A stretch of DNA of 64,000 bases from Eledone cirrhosa (GCA_964016885.1 OZ024741.1:234918001-234982000); one strand, 5' to 3'; positions 1-13,916 are shown, counted from the stretch's first letter. Numbers and translations are program-made. The notes: a model not told the origin generated them from the letters alone.

Positions 1-119
1 GGGTTAGGGCGCTTTGAGTTACAGATATACCCCGCTCAGCCGTTCAAATTTATAGAAAAGCAATCCTTTGATACTAAAGGATGTTTTGATCCTTCATCAT
101 TTCGTACTGTTGTGGAAAG

Positions 120-997
120 CGTTGTATTAATCAAGTGTTCCCCAATTTCCAAATCCACCATTCCAATGAGGAGTGGCTGTATGAAAGACTAATTCTTGCT
201 CCCCACTCCCCCCAAAAAGAAAGAAAAAAACATTATATTGAATACCATAAAAAAAATCTCTCACAAATGATCCCTGGAGGTAGCCTGACCTATAAATATA
301 TCAACAAAGTTGTTGAAGAGGACGAAGCTGTTCATTATCCTGTTGAATTTCTCAACAGTCTGAAACCATCCTGTATGCTGCCACACAACCTTTAATTGAA
401 GAAGAGCTCAGTCATCATGCTTCTCAGAAAGCTGGATCAGCCAATATTGTGCAATGAGTCACGAATGGTTGTAATGGTTGTAGCCTCACATTATCAAAGC
501 CATAATCCTGACTGGATGTGGTAAGGGACACGTCGTCTATATACCTACAATGTCTACATACCAACACATGTTGCCTTTCGTTTCAAACGGTTGCAATTCC
601 CAGTGTGAGTTAGTTACACAATGACCATCAACAAATCCCAAGGTCAAACACAGTAGGTTGTCGATCCTCATCTAGAAGGGGGCTGTTTCTCACATGGTCA
701 ATTGTAGGTTGTTCCAGACTAGGAAGACACCACAAACTCTTCATAAGTGCTCCAAAGAAAAAAGTTAAAAACATTGTATATACTGAAGTTCTGTAAATGT
801 TTTATGATTTTCGTAGAATACATTTTTCTATTATTTTCTTTATTACCTTTTAAAAAAAAATTATGTTATGCAGTATTTAAATACCTTTTAACAACTTATA
901 TTCTAAGGAAAATGGTTATTACGACAGATGACAATAAGTGCCTTATGAATAGATTTGAGTAAAGTACCGATATGGGCGAACGCCGGGAGGCCGCTAG
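120..997 (+). mobile_element. Degenerate Helitron 3' part: PIF1-like helicase C-terminus and 3' terminus
   Basis: Broken frames give YPVEFLNSL..PHNL, IMLLRKLDQPILCN, FKRLQFPV, MTINKSQGQT and CFSHGQL (Helitron/PIF1 helicase motifs). Ends GGCGAACGCCGGGAGGCCGCTAG|T, a hairpin plus CTAG at 994-997. Confidence 0.85.
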
Positions 998-1022
998 TAT
1001 ATTTATATACATAATGTAAATA

Positions 1023-1056
<34 letters not shown>

Positions 1057-1090
1057 CAGGATTGTAGAAAAATCGCCGAGGCTTTTTGTT

Positions 1091-1560
<470 letters not shown>

Positions 1561-1649
1561 AACTCGAACTGGCCTTCAGCAACACATAGCACCCGACAGC
1601 CAGCCAGTCAGTCTAGGGTATTCATATATGTATATATATGTATGTAAAC

Positions 1650-2372
1650 TACAAACTACAAGTTTTCCCCTTCGAAATAATCCCCCTCGAGTCAAACACA
1701 CTTCCCCACCATTCTCCGCTACGCCTCCATCTACTCCTGGAAGGATTGTCCTCTTCAGCTTGGGGAAAAGGAGGATGTCTTGACATACCTCCATGCGCCA
1801 TTCCTTCTGGTCAGCAACTTTGGCACCATCTTCGCGCTGATCTTACGCATGCCCAAATCTTCGGTGATTATCTTCCAAACAGCTGTCACAGTTCATGCCC
1901 AGCTCACTTGCGATCAGTCGAACATTCAGCCGACGAACGCCACGTACCACCTGTCTCACTCGCTCATCCTTGGCCACAGTCGTGCTCGTTGAAGGCCTTC
2001 CGCTCTTGGGGTCGTCTACCACGCCCGCACGTTCCTCTTTGAAACTTTTGTGCCATTTAAAAACCATTGAGTGCGATATCGTCTTATCCCCGTACACTAG
2101 CTGCCGTATTTCGAGTGCTTCTAATTGAATTTTCCAAAGCCGGACAAGAAACTTCAGGCTGGTTCGTTGCTTTGTGTCCATTGCTCGACGGCTTTAAATT
2201 GAGAAGCTGTTAAAAGCACTTGAAAAAAACATACAATAGCTGCAGAGAGCTGAGATCGCAGTTATATATTCCCCTGATTTTACGTCGCATGGTGAAGCAA
2301 CCCACTAATCCCTACCCCACTCATAACTCACACAGCTCACTGAGTCCTGTTACGTTTCTGACACACCTCGTA
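1650..2372 (-). mobile_element. Mariner transposon remnant (N-terminal HTH of transposase, one TIR)
   Basis: ORF 1843-2181 (QRTSLKF..VYGD..VFKWHKSFKE..DDPKSGRPST..RRLNVRLIASELG) frameshifts into LGMRKISAKMVPKLLT (WVPHEL-like). TIR TA-CGAGGTGTGTCAGAAA at 2355-2372. Confidence 0.9.
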
Positions 2373-2397
2373 TTGAATATATATATATATATATATA

Positions 2398-2436
<39 letters not shown>

Positions 2437-2440
2437 CTGT

Positions 2441-2492
<52 letters not shown>

Positions 2493-2594
2493 CTATATAT
2501 ATATTCATTAGTTAAGCAAAACAAGACCACAAATTTCACAAGGAAGATATTAAAAGATTGTCAACATATTTTAGTTTGATGTAAGGAATGTAGA

Positions 2595-2629
<35 letters not shown>

Positions 2630-2644
2630 TTAATAATAATGTCC

Positions 2645-2764
2645 GTTTACAATTGTTTCGCTACTCCATGTAATATTTCTGGATCAGATGACTATATATC
2701 ATAATTGATCTGGTTCAGTTGAAAATAATTAACATATTTAAAAGACAGAGCGGCTCATCGGAAC
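2645..2764 (-). ncRNA. Hammerhead ribozyme motif with long helix II and variant core
   Basis: Minus strand: GUU-CCGAUGA-GCCGCUCU..GGAGUAGC-GAAA-CAAUUG-UA/AAC. Confidence 0.55.
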
Positions 2765-2932
2765 TTCAAAGGAATATAAATTAAAATAATGAGAGAATGT
2801 TACATAATATAATGTTCCATATATTGGTTTTTACTATGGTGTCTTGGTTGCATCAGTTGTCAGTCATAATCAAGCAGTATTCATCTGTCGAGGCTGCATT
2901 GTGTGAGATCTGCCTATGGGTAACAAGATGGC

Positions 2933-3002
2933 TGCCAAAGGGCATATTTACCTTACTATATATATATAAATATATATAGTAAGGTAAATATGCCCTTTGG
3001 CA
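2933..3002. repeat. Palindrome centred on a TA tract
   Basis: TGCCAAAGGGCATATTTACCTTAC-(TA)n-GTAAGGTAAATATGCCCTTTGGCA. Confidence 0.9.
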
Positions 3003-3021
3003 TCATATATATATGGCATCA

Positions 3022-3088
<67 letters not shown>

Positions 3089-3162
3089 AGTATGTATACG
3101 TACACACATATATGTAACAGCTGTACTAAGAGTGAGAAATGAAATTTCGTTTCATTCTTTCC

Positions 3163-3226
<64 letters not shown>

Positions 3227-3231
3227 CGTTT

Positions 3232-3332
3232 AATATAGAAATGGCTTCTACAGGACTAGAACTGTTTCATTCAAAAGAAATCATCAGGGCTTTCCTGATG
3301 ATTTCTAGTCCCATAGAAGCCATTTCTATATT
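3232..3332. repeat. Fold-back repeat with HHR-like core pieces (related copy at 50455-50565)
   Basis: Arms AATATAGAAATGGCTTCTACAGGACTAG / CTAGTCCCATAGAAGCCATTTCTATATT, with inner GAAATCATCAGG..CCTGATGATTTC. Confidence 0.7.
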
Positions 3333-3414
3333 AAATTTGATGTTTACATTCTACTAATGTATTGAGTACTTTACTAACTGTGGTTACCCCCCCCCCCCAC
3401 GATTGAAACCGGGA

Positions 3415-3453
<39 letters not shown>

Positions 3454-3506
3454 TAGGGTGTGGTGAAGACCAGCTAGACCATAACCCTCTATAGTACTCG
3501 ATTCAG

Positions 3507-3594
3507 GACCCCGACGGCTGAGCTCCGGCCGTTTCGACAGCTAGATCCGAGTTCGGATCTAGCTGTCGAAACGGCCGGAGCTCAGCCGTCGGGG

Positions 3595-3596
<2 letters not shown>
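3507..3596. repeat. 90-bp GC-rich palindrome, family C (HHR 3' half on both arms)
   Basis: GACCCCGACGGCTGAGCTCCGGCCGTTTCGACAGCTAGATCCGA-GT followed by its reverse complement. Confidence 0.9.
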
Positions 3597-3633
<37 letters not shown>

Positions 3634-3674
3634 AACCCATGCTAGCGTGGAAGATGGACGTTAAACGAAAATGA

Positions 3675-3753
<79 letters not shown>

Positions 3754-4797
3754 CGAAGACAGTAAACAAAATATGTGACTGACGCCAGAGATCTTAATTG
3801 TGGTTCTAAGATCTAAAATTCACATTGAGTCTTAGGGATAATGGGAGATAATAGTATTTTCAGTCGATTCAGTAAGTGTTCTGGAAATATCTTCTCAAAT
3901 TTTTTCAGTAAGGAAACATCCCGCCAGTGACCACACACAGTTTGACTTGACATCTTTTCGTTTGCGTCTCTCTAACCTTGTGGAAGTTGTGAACGATTCT
4001 GTACGTTGACGATCAGTGAGGTCACAAGACCAGCCATTACATCCCCACCATGTTTAATAACCTCAGCAGGTATGCCTTCAATTCCTCGTGTTTTTTCCTG
4101 AATTGGTTTGTGTAATTGCAATTTTTTCTTCTTTTATATTATGACTATTGTCCATTTCTTTGATAACATGTTGCTGAGGAAGGTCTTTTAAAATATCTAT
4201 TGTGAATGGCTTATGAAAGAGATACGTGAACTGTTTTATCCACCGCTTCAGCATTATCTCCAGTATTAAATGGATCCCATCTTTGGAGATGAAAGGAGTA
4301 ATGGTTGATTGGTGATGAGCAAATACAAGCTGTACTTAATTTTAGGCTCCTATTTTATCAACTAAAATTTTTTTCAACACGCTCACGGGTATATGTATCT
4401 ATGTGTGTTTGTGTGTATGTGCTTATGCACACATTTATATGCATGAGTATATCTAAACTATAATAAAGGAAGGTCTGCGGGACTGCGTACGGTTTATTTA
4501 TTTTTATCCCGTTAGTAAAATAAGTTGGATTACTTTGAATAAATAATGAATGAATATTACATAATTTATCTACTAAATTTCGTAAACAAAAATAATTTCG
4601 TAAAAATAAATAATTTAAAATTGACTTCTTTTCAAAGTTGCACTTCCGGTATATCGTTTCCACCACCACCACCACTTCAACTGCCATATATATAGAAAGA
4701 GAGAGTGTGTGATGTCATCACTTCCGGTGGCGATCACTTAAATAAACATACTAATTTTCTGTGACTAATTTTCTCCTAATGCAGTTTATATATAATA

Positions 4798-5342
4798 CTA
4801 GTAGTGGTAGCCGGCGTTGCACGGGATATGATATTTTGGAACGCTGGCCGCCAACAGACCTAATCGTAGAAAAAGTGCAAGCCTGGACAATATGTAAAGA
4901 AAATAAACCGAATATTCTGATGGCTGGATAATCTAAGATTTTCCTCGATGAAGCAGGAAAAAGACAGGTTTTCACCTAATGCGGGCCCTAGGGGATCAAG
5001 AAAATGAATTTTTTTAGGTGCATAATATGCCTTGGAATTTCGGGAAAATCGGCAAGACGTAACGCCTCAAAAAACCCCTAAAAACCTGAAAAAAAATGAA
5101 GTTTTTCACCTAATGCGGGCCCTAGGTCATACAAAATTTGGATTTTCTTTGCTCACGGTATGAAGAAGAGACTGACTAATACATAGTTACAACGCCTGAA
5201 AAACCCCCTAAAAAGTTGGAATCAAACGCAATTTTTCACCTACGGGATCAAAAAGTTGAATTTTTTTATGTGCATAACACTCCCTGAAATATAAGTAATA
5301 CACATGTAAAGTTTGAAAAAGATTGGTTGGGTACTTCTCGGG

Positions 5343-5436
<94 letters not shown>

Positions 5437-5958
5437 ACATGCACACTGATGGCACTAAGGAATACTGGTGGAACCTGAAAATAAAAACTGCCACCAAATT
5501 AAAGCACAACCGGCCTGATATTGTTGTTTGGGACCACACATTGAAAACGTGTTCTGTTGTGAGATCAGCTGCCCACTTGATGTAAACGTTGTCAGAAAAA
5601 TACAGGAGAAAGAGGACATCTACGGACCATTGATGAGGAGTTTACAAATCCAGTATCCAAGATACACCTTTAGCTTCATACCCATCATTATTGGAGCTAC
5701 GGGTTATATACCAACCCGCTTGGACCAAAGTATGACTGAACTTGGATTTGCGGACAAAGAGCGCAGCTCCCTAATTCATAGTCTACAAATGGCTGTGATA
5801 GCTGGCACCTTGAAAATTTGCAAAACATTCTTGCGATTCAATGGATGACAATTTCTTTTCTTTTACAACCTTGCCACCAGGAAGGTGGCCGGTCAAAAGA
5901 ATATACTCGAAATTAAGAGAAAGAGATAACACACATCCTTCCTCAGTTTTATATATAT
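4798..5958 (-). mobile_element. Non-autonomous Helitron (same family as 10319-11836) carrying a LINE insertion
   Basis: Minus-strand 3' end CCCGTGCAACGCCGGCTACCACTACTAG and 5' end TATATATATAAAACTGAGGA. Body matches 11330-11836 in reverse. Confidence 0.8.
5446..5927 (+). mobile_element. 5'-truncated RLE-type non-LTR retrotransposon (R4/Dong-like) inserted in (CA)n
   Basis: KHNRPDIVVWD..(frameshift)EISCPLDVNVVRKIQEKEDIYGPL..IPIIIGATGYIP is a PD-(D/E)xK restriction-like endonuclease, followed by a short 3'UTR. Confidence 0.85.
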
Positions 5959-6039
5959 ACATATATAGAGTAAAATAACAGATTAAAGTTTAAGCAAAGA
6001 ATCATTGCTTTCACCCTTAACGGGATCTTCTGAAACTAA

Positions 6040-6434
6040 AAACATCAATCTGTGAACGCAGAAGTAAATATTTCGAAAAACGTTGCAACCGAAGGAAAAC
6101 AGGTAGACGATACTTTGGTTCGTGAAGACGTTCCCTGGCAATGAACGGAAAATAGCGAACATAATACGTCATCAATGTTCGTCAGAATGTCGTAATGCAG
6201 ACCATCAGGCATACAGACAGATATTATAAGAGCACAGCGGAGATGGATAACCGGCGCCTAACACCCCTTTAACAACAGAAAATTGAAAAATAAAAGCTGC
6301 AGTTAATATCTTTAGACCGCAAGGAATTTATAAATGCAAGTTTGAAGTCAATCGGAGTAGAAATGTGGATTTGTATAGACTTTGCAAAAATGAGGACACA
6401 CACACACAGACAACTACAGTTTTATATATATAGA
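6040..6434 (-). mobile_element. Non-autonomous Helitron 5' fragment
   Basis: Minus-strand start ATCTATATATATAAAACTGTAGTTGTCTGTGTG, similar to the other Helitron 5' ends in this window. Confidence 0.55.
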
Positions 6435-7629
6435 TCGTCTTTTTTTAATGTGTCATGGATTACGTTACTGATTACATAAGACAGTGTAACAACGTCTTCG
6501 TTCAATTTCTGTGTGTATTGTCAATTACGATTTTATTTGATGTATCATATCTACATGTATATATACTTGCGTATCATATCAATATACACACTACACATAT
6601 CTACATGTATATATACTTGCGTATCATATCAATATACACACTACACATGGTAGCAGAAAACCACCCTTCGGGTGGTTTTTCTGCTAGTAAATATAAACGC
6701 GCAACACAGACACACTTACAAAAGTTCACATTCATAGATATACATTCATACAAACACACACATACATATACACAAATGCACACATACACATACACTCACA
6801 CACAGCGTAGCAAATGTAACGCCAACCACTGTTTTGCTATAGTTTTTCATCACCCCCCCTCCTTTTAGAAACGCATACATTCACATACGCACACGCGCAC
6901 ACACACACACACACACACACAGATACCCACACCCACGCACACACACATTGTGTGACGGACGGATGGAAGTCGCTCAAATTTATATATAGAAGGACAGTTA
7001 AATATCAGAGGATATATTCGACCAGCACACGTTTTCCATTGTCGCCAGGAGGTCTCTCTGCAATATTGATTTATGTTTTTATCTGACATAACTTTCGGCG
7101 CTCCTGATATCATAGCGACAATAAACAACATTACATACAACTCAGCAGGAAGCTCCTGTAAGCATCCAACTAGTGTCCTGAAGAAGTGCCATCGTCAACT
7201 CGCGCCCCCTCTAACTAATCTCTTGACGAAATCACAATGTTGTTAGGTGTTCTTACAAAGGAGGTAAGAACGAGGTTGATAGGACAGATAGTTGTATAAG
7301 CGTAGTGTGTACGTAGGCGGCAGTGAGTGCGTGGGCGGCAGTGTGCGTGTGATGTATGGACATGGGTGTGGATGCGTTTATGTGTGTTGGATGCACTGAT
7401 GTGTCGAGTGTGCATGTGTATGTGTGCATGCGTGATGCACGATGTGTAAATATCTATTTTAGTGTGATGAATGCATATGTATATATGTATGTGTGTGTGT
7501 AGGGATGTGTGTTTACATGTGGTGTATATGTGTATATGAGTAAGGCCTGCGTATGTGACCTACGAGTGTGTTTGAGAGTGTAGTTTTTTGTTGAATGCGC
7601 GTGGGAGTGGAATGTGTAGTGGTTGTGCG

Positions 7630-7900
7630 TATATTAATCTAGGTAAGAGATTACAGAAAGTGGTATTAAGAATTGAGGCCGTATGATGTGAAGGTTTGGA
7701 AAGAAAAAGAGATCTAGTTCTCTCTGGAAGCGAGAGGTCGGAGATCCAGGAATAAAGATTAGACCATAAGATGTTGCCTGGAGTGACCAACAGAACAGGA
7801 ATGGCGAGCAACTGGAGACTGGTTGCAAAAGAAACAATGGAGCACATTGATGAAGTTGGTAGAGGTACAGCAGAAAGAGACCCTGGTGGGGTAGGAACGA
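7630..7900 (-). pseudogene. Degenerate Penelope-like GIY-YIG endonuclease C-terminus
   Basis: Minus frames give STNFINVLHCFFC..PVARHSCSVGHS and YGLIFIPGSPTSRFQRELDLF, resembling PLE PVA.HF...HS / R..RE..LIF motifs. Confidence 0.5.
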
Positions 7901-8002
7901 CTGTTGGGTGCGGTCATGGAGCTACGGATCAGAATATTATGGAAGTTACGAACATGCTTAATTGAGAGAGAAGGTCGAAAAGGAAAGAAGCGAACGCTGC
8001 TA

Positions 8003-8048
<46 letters not shown>

Positions 8049-8441
8049 TAGCAAAATCAACTTTTTACATTCACATGACCTCTACCGACCAATCAAAATT
8101 GTTTTGACCACAAGCATTTTTGCAACACAAAAATAACGCTGGAGCCACTTTTTTAACATAAAAACAGGTAGAATTCCCAAAACTAATCAGATCAGAGCAA
8201 ACAACACGGACACTCTATCTCAAAATTATTTTTGAAAAGCATTTAGAAATGCGCAACCGGTAAAAACTTAAAAACTTAAACCACAACTGAATACTAACCC
8301 ATACAATCACTAATACTCTTTTATTCCTAATTAAACCATTTTTCAACTGTGAACAATTTGTCAGCATTTTCTATTCCGTTTACCAATATATATATATATT
8401 GCCATACTCAATAACGAGGGGGCAGCCATCATATATATATA

Positions 8442-9070
8442 CTAGCCGAATTACCCGCGCGTTGCTGCGTTTCACACATTTTTAAATCACACGTTAAATC
8501 ACACATTTTTAAATCAGTGATATAATTTATGGAGAAAAACTCTGCATTTCAATATTACTCAATGTAAAATGTAATGCATGAAAAATTGGAAAACATTAAT
8601 TTTTTGTAATATATCAAATCAAAATTACATTATTAAATCTTATTCTTATTTTGTTTCTTGTAAATAATTTTTTTTTAAATATCAATTCCAAACTTTTGTG
8701 AATAGGCATCATATCTTATCATTTACCTATGGTATAAATTTCATATAAATCGAAGGGAAAAAACTTTCAGCGGGGGTTTGTGCCTCCGGGAAACACTAAT
8801 AGGGGGTTTAACCCCCATTAGGGTGTCTTAATATTGAAATTTGCTGAAAATTTGTGAATAGGCATCAGTCATTTACCTATGGTTTAAATTTCATATAAAT
8901 CGAAGGGAAAAAACTTTCAGCAGGGGTTTGTGCCCCGGGGAACCCTTTGATTAATATACTTATCCAAGTACCCTGGACAATGTAGTTTCAGAATATATAT
9001 GGTTATGGCGTCTATATCCAAAACTATAGGAGGAGGTCGTGAACAAACAAACAAACAGACAGGAACTTAT
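8442..9070 (-). mobile_element. Non-autonomous Helitron, second family
   Basis: Minus 3' end CAACGCGCGGGTAATTCGGCTAG. Inverted copy at 12226-12900. Internal ~110-bp subrepeat. Confidence 0.7.
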
Positions 9071-9099
9071 GTGTGTGTGTGTGTATGTATGTATGTATG

Positions 9100-9250
9100 G
9101 ACCAGGCGATGCGTTATGTCCTTGAGTAAGACACTTTATTTCACGTTGCTCCTTCTACCAGGAGTTGCGACCGATAGATAGTATTAGCAATTGGAAAGAC
9201 CAACGGAAACATTGTTCCCTCAGTCCGATTTGACGAAAGTCGATCGTTCC

Positions 9251-9342
<92 letters not shown>

Positions 9343-9680
9343 CGTGCGTGTGTGTGTATAAATAAATAAATAAATAAATAAATATATAAAATGTATATAT
9401 ATATGCTTGCAATCGAGAGATCGTGAGTTCGATTCTCAGACCAGGCGATGCGTTGAGTCCTTGAGTAAGACACTTTATTTCACGCTACTCCAGTTTATTG
9501 AGCTGTAGATTGACGTGTTGTATCCGCCTTATAAGTGACAATATCGGTGGCGTAGAGAGGGGAGACTGGTACGCATGAGCAAGTGCTGGCCTTCCACAAA
9601 CAACCTTGCCTGGACTTTCTAGATGCAAATCCCATGGTCATTCGTGACCGAAGGGCGTCTTTATCCCCTTTGGTCACGAA
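9100..9680 (+). mobile_element. Two truncated copies of a second tRNA-derived SINE family (9100-9252, 9403-9680)
   Basis: B-box-like GAGTTCGATTCTC followed by shared GACCAGGCGATGCGTT..GTCCTTGAGTAAGACACTTTATTTCACG. Confidence 0.6.
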
Positions 9681-9865
9681 TGACCATATAAATATATATA
9701 TATAAAAATGTGAGAACAACCACAGACCCTCCATCTCAACTCACCTTTTGAAAAGCAGAAGAACTGCGAAACCGGTAAAGGAACCAAATAAATATATATA
9801 TTTAAAAAAAAAATAAGACTCCAGTTGTATTTTCGATTTCATCTCTTTTTCTTTATATATAAAAA

Positions 9866-9936
<71 letters not shown>

Positions 9937-10318
9937 TATATCTCCTTATAATATATAACCAGCAATTTCTCTGTCTGTCTGTCCGACAGTGGAAACACGT
10001 GCGCGCGTGCGAATGTTTTTTGCGCACGCGTAGAGAGAGAGTGAGAGTGAAAGAAAGAGACTACAAGAGGGGGATAGCGGGAGGGAGAAAGGGGGGAATT
10101 GAGGAGTGCTACAGAAACATATATACATTTCTGTGTGTGTGTAATATATATATATATATACACACACAGAAATATATATATATATACGCACAGAAATATA
10201 TATACATTTCTGTGTGTGTAATATATATATATATACACACAGAAATATATATACATTTCTGTGTGTGTAATATATATATATACTACAGAAAACCACCCGG
10301 TAGGAGGTTTTCTGCTAG

Positions 10319-11836
10319 TCTATATATATAAAACTGAGGATGTCTGTCTGTGTGTGTGTGAGTTTGAATCCCTAAAACTAGAGAACCACCCAACCGACTG
10401 TTTTCAAACTTTACACATGTAATACTTATGTTTCAGGTAGTGTTCTGAGCCAAAAAAATTTCAAATTTTCAATGCCCTAGGGACCGCATTAGGCGATTTA
10501 GCGATCTCTCTCTATAATTCTTAGTCTTTCTCTTTTTAGATAGATACATACATATAACGTCGCGCCCTTATAATATCTGTCTGTATATCTGACTGTCTGC
10601 ATTACGTCACTTCCTACAATTCGCTCTGCGTCCAGAATGTGCCCTTATAATATCTGTCTGTATGTCTGGCTGTCTGCTGCCTCCGGTTATTCTGCCACCC
10701 TTGCTCAAGATAAATCTCACACTCATTTTCCAAACAGTTGGTAAGTGCACACAACTTCTTCCTCATGTTTTAAGCCACACAGTGTTGCTTACTTACGTAC
10801 CACCAGACACTTACTTCTTTGCCAGCCGTGGTTGTGGCAATACTAAGCTTACTAAGGCGGTTTTATATTTCAAAATACCTTATCCCGTGCAACGCCGGGT
10901 ACCACTGCTAGTATTATATAAAACTGAGGATGTCTATCTGTGTGCGTGTGTGTGTGTGAGTTTAAATCCCTAAAACTAGAGAAGCACCCAACCGACTGTT
11001 TTCAAACTTTACACATGTAATACTTATGTTTCAGAGAGTGTTCTGAGCAAAATAAATTTCAAATTTTCAATGCACTAGGAACCGCATTAGCCGATTTTGC
11101 AATCTCCCTCTATAGTTGTTAGTCTTTCTCTTTTTAGATAGATACATACATATAACGTCGCGCCCTTAAAATATCTGTCTGTATGTCTGGCTGTTTGCAT
11201 TACGTCAATTCCCACAATTCCTTCTGCGTCCAGAACGCGCCCTTATAATATCTGTCTGTATGTCTGGCTGTCTGCATTACGTCACTTCCCTGGGGATGTG
11301 TGTGTGTGTGTGTGAGTTTGAATCCCTAAAACTCGAGAAGCACCAAACCGACTTTTTTCAAACTTTACATGTGTATTACTTATGTTTCAGGGAGTGTTAT
11401 GCACAACTTTTTGATCCCCTAGGGCCCGCATTAGGTGAAAAACTGCGTTTTTTCAGGCTTTTAGCGGGTTTTTGAGGCGTTACATCAGACCGATTTCCTT
11501 GAAATTGAAACTATGTATTAGTCAGTCTCTTCTTCATACCGCAAGCAAAGAAAATCCAAAATGTTTATGGCCTAGGGCCTGCATTAGGTGAAAAACTTTT
11601 GAGGCGTTACGTCTAACCGATTTCCCGAAATTTGAAGGCATATTATGCACATAAAAAAAATTCATTTTATTGATCCATTTTTCCTGCTTCATCAAGGAAA
11701 ATCTTAAAGATTATCCAGCCATCAGAGTATTCGGTTTATTTTCTTTACATATTGTCCAGGCATTCCACGATTAGGTCTGTTGGCTGCCCGCGTTCCAAAA
11801 TACCTTATCCCGTGCAACGCCAGGTACCACTGCTAG
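10319..11836 (+). mobile_element. Head-to-tail tandem of non-autonomous Helitrons (10319-10911, 10912-11836)
   Basis: 5' TCTATATATATAAAACTGAGGATG. Both units end TATCCCGTGCAACGCC(G/A)GGTACCACTGCTAG|T. Another hairpin-CTAG end lies immediately upstream at 10282-10318. Confidence 0.85.
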
Positions 11837-11854
11837 TATATATATATTTATATG

Positions 11855-12044
11855 TAACGAAGGAAATGTGGTAAGGAACCAGGTGGACCATAACGCACCA
11901 GAGTACTCAATACTTTGGGTTGTAGAGTGGGTAATAAGAAAAGAGTCAAGACCCCGACGGCAGAGCTCAAGCCGTTTCGACGGCTATTTCTGAGTCCAGA
12001 AATAGCCGTCGAAACGGCTCGAGCTCTGCCGTCGGGGTCCTGAC
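11855..12044 (-). repeat. Family C element with terminal palindrome (11945-12044)
   Basis: GACCCCGACGGCAGAGCTCAAGCCGTTTCGACGGCTATTTCTG..reverse complement. Body shared with 21372-21455, 28215-28290, 36318-36400 and 40345-40425. Confidence 0.85.
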
Positions 12045-12053
12045 CTTTTTGTT

Positions 12054-12108
<55 letters not shown>

Positions 12109-12225
12109 AAAAGATAAACAGAAATAACAACACAATCGGTACAGTATACGGAAGGAATATATTAGTTAACGCTTGATATAGCATGAAGAGGGTCTTAAGG
12201 TTTCGGACGTTAGTCCTTCATCAGA

Positions 12226-12900
12226 AGGTGTGTTTGTTTGTGAACCTAAATCTCAAAATCTACCTAACCTATTTTAATGAAACTTGACAAAATCTCAAAA
12301 TCTACCTAACCTATTTTAATGAAACTTGACACATGTGTTGGGCTCATGCCCATTTGATTTCTTAAGTATATTTCATTTTAATCAAAGGGTTCACCGGGGG
12401 CTCAAACCCTCGCTGAAAATCTTTTCCCTTCGATTTGTATGACATTTAAACCATAGCTAAATGACAAGATATGATACCTATTCACAAAATTTCAGCAAAT
12501 TTCAATAATATTAAGACACCCTAATGGGGGTTAAACCCCCTATTAGGGTTCCCCGGAGGCACAAAACTCTGCTGAAAATCTTTTCCCTTCGATTTATATG
12601 AAATTTAAACCATAGGTAAATGACAAGATATGATGCCTATTCACAAAAGTTTTGAATTGATATTTTTAAAAAAGTTATTTACAAGAAACAAAATAAGAAT
12701 AAGATTTAATAATGTAATTTTGATTTGATATATTACAAAAAATAATGTTTTCCAATTTTTCATGCATTACATTTTACATTGAGTAATATTGAAATGCAGA
12801 GTCTTTCTCCATAAATTATATCACTGATTTAAAATCAATCATCATTTTTTTACAAAAAAAAAAATGTGAAACCCAGCAAGGTTCGGGTAATTTTCTCCCC
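12226..12900 (+). mobile_element. Non-autonomous Helitron, inverted copy of 8442-9070
   Basis: Long reverse-complement identity with 8510-8950. 3' CTAG not retained. Confidence 0.65.
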
Positions 12901-12932
12901 ATATTTTTCATATATATATATATATATATATA

Positions 12933-13036
12933 TACAGAGTTTCCCCCCAAAATGTATTTATACACACTTTGATTACCTGTACAGGCAATATTAATTAGAA
13001 TGCTGTTGACGTGTGTATATATTTTTGGGGGACACC

Positions 13037-13041
<5 letters not shown>
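12933..13041. mobile_element. Tc1/mariner-type MITE
   Basis: TA-CAGAGTTTCCCCCCAAAA..TTTTGGGGGACACCCTG-TA TIRs. Related copy at 22146-22359. Confidence 0.75.
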
Positions 13042-13070
<29 letters not shown>

Positions 13071-13394
13071 TTTTTTTTTTCAGTGTGATCTACCTCTGGT
13101 GATAGAGTCTGTACCGTAGATAGAACTCGATGTAATCCGATGGCGAGTAATCCAGTGAAATCCATAGAGAAGAAGACGGTCCGATCGAATCTGTATATGA
13201 GGTTTGATAGTATACAGTTATATAACTTCTATAGATCAGACAATATGTCAACATGATCGACCCTCCGAAATGATCGTAAAACAGTGATATGAATAGGTAA
13301 AGTAACTTGACTTTGTTTTTATTTTCATTGTTAATTTAATACCTAATACATATATATAGTCTATAGTCCCTCCTGTTTTACAGAAGTGTCACAT

Positions 13395-13494
<100 letters not shown>

Positions 13495-13805
13495 TCTCGA
13501 ATCTGGTTTTACATGTTAGCACTAAACCCACCAAGGAATCCTTATAAGAACACCCACTCAAAACTACTACTAACATTCTATGTACTTACATGGTATCACT
13601 TATCCTTATTTATTTGTTTATATTTTCCATTTTCTCATTTTCTTACCTTTTTAATGTACCTTATCTTATCTTTTACTTTTTACTTTTTACATCTGTAAAT
13701 TCTCTACCTATTTACCATATATGTTTTATTATTGATGTTATTGTTTTGATTATACGCTATTTTTCTATATAAGTCTTGCCTCGAGTGAATTATTTTTATA
13801 TCTAC

Positions 13806-13916
13806 GTACTCTGATGTGTTGACCAGAGGTAAATAATGTATTGAATATCGAGTATCGCAACTTCAATCGATTAGCGAACTCTAAACTCACCTGATCAACG
13901 AAACAATTGTCAGTAC
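13806..13916 (+). ncRNA. Hammerhead ribozyme motif with long helix II
   Basis: GUACU-CUGAUGU-GUUGACCAG..CUGAUCAAC-GAAA-CAAUUG-UC/AGUAC. Helices I, II and a palindromic III are all present, with one core deviation. Confidence 0.7.

Noticed and set aside
1-9. GGGTTAGGG telomere-like motif
   Set aside because: Only 1.5 units at the window edge.
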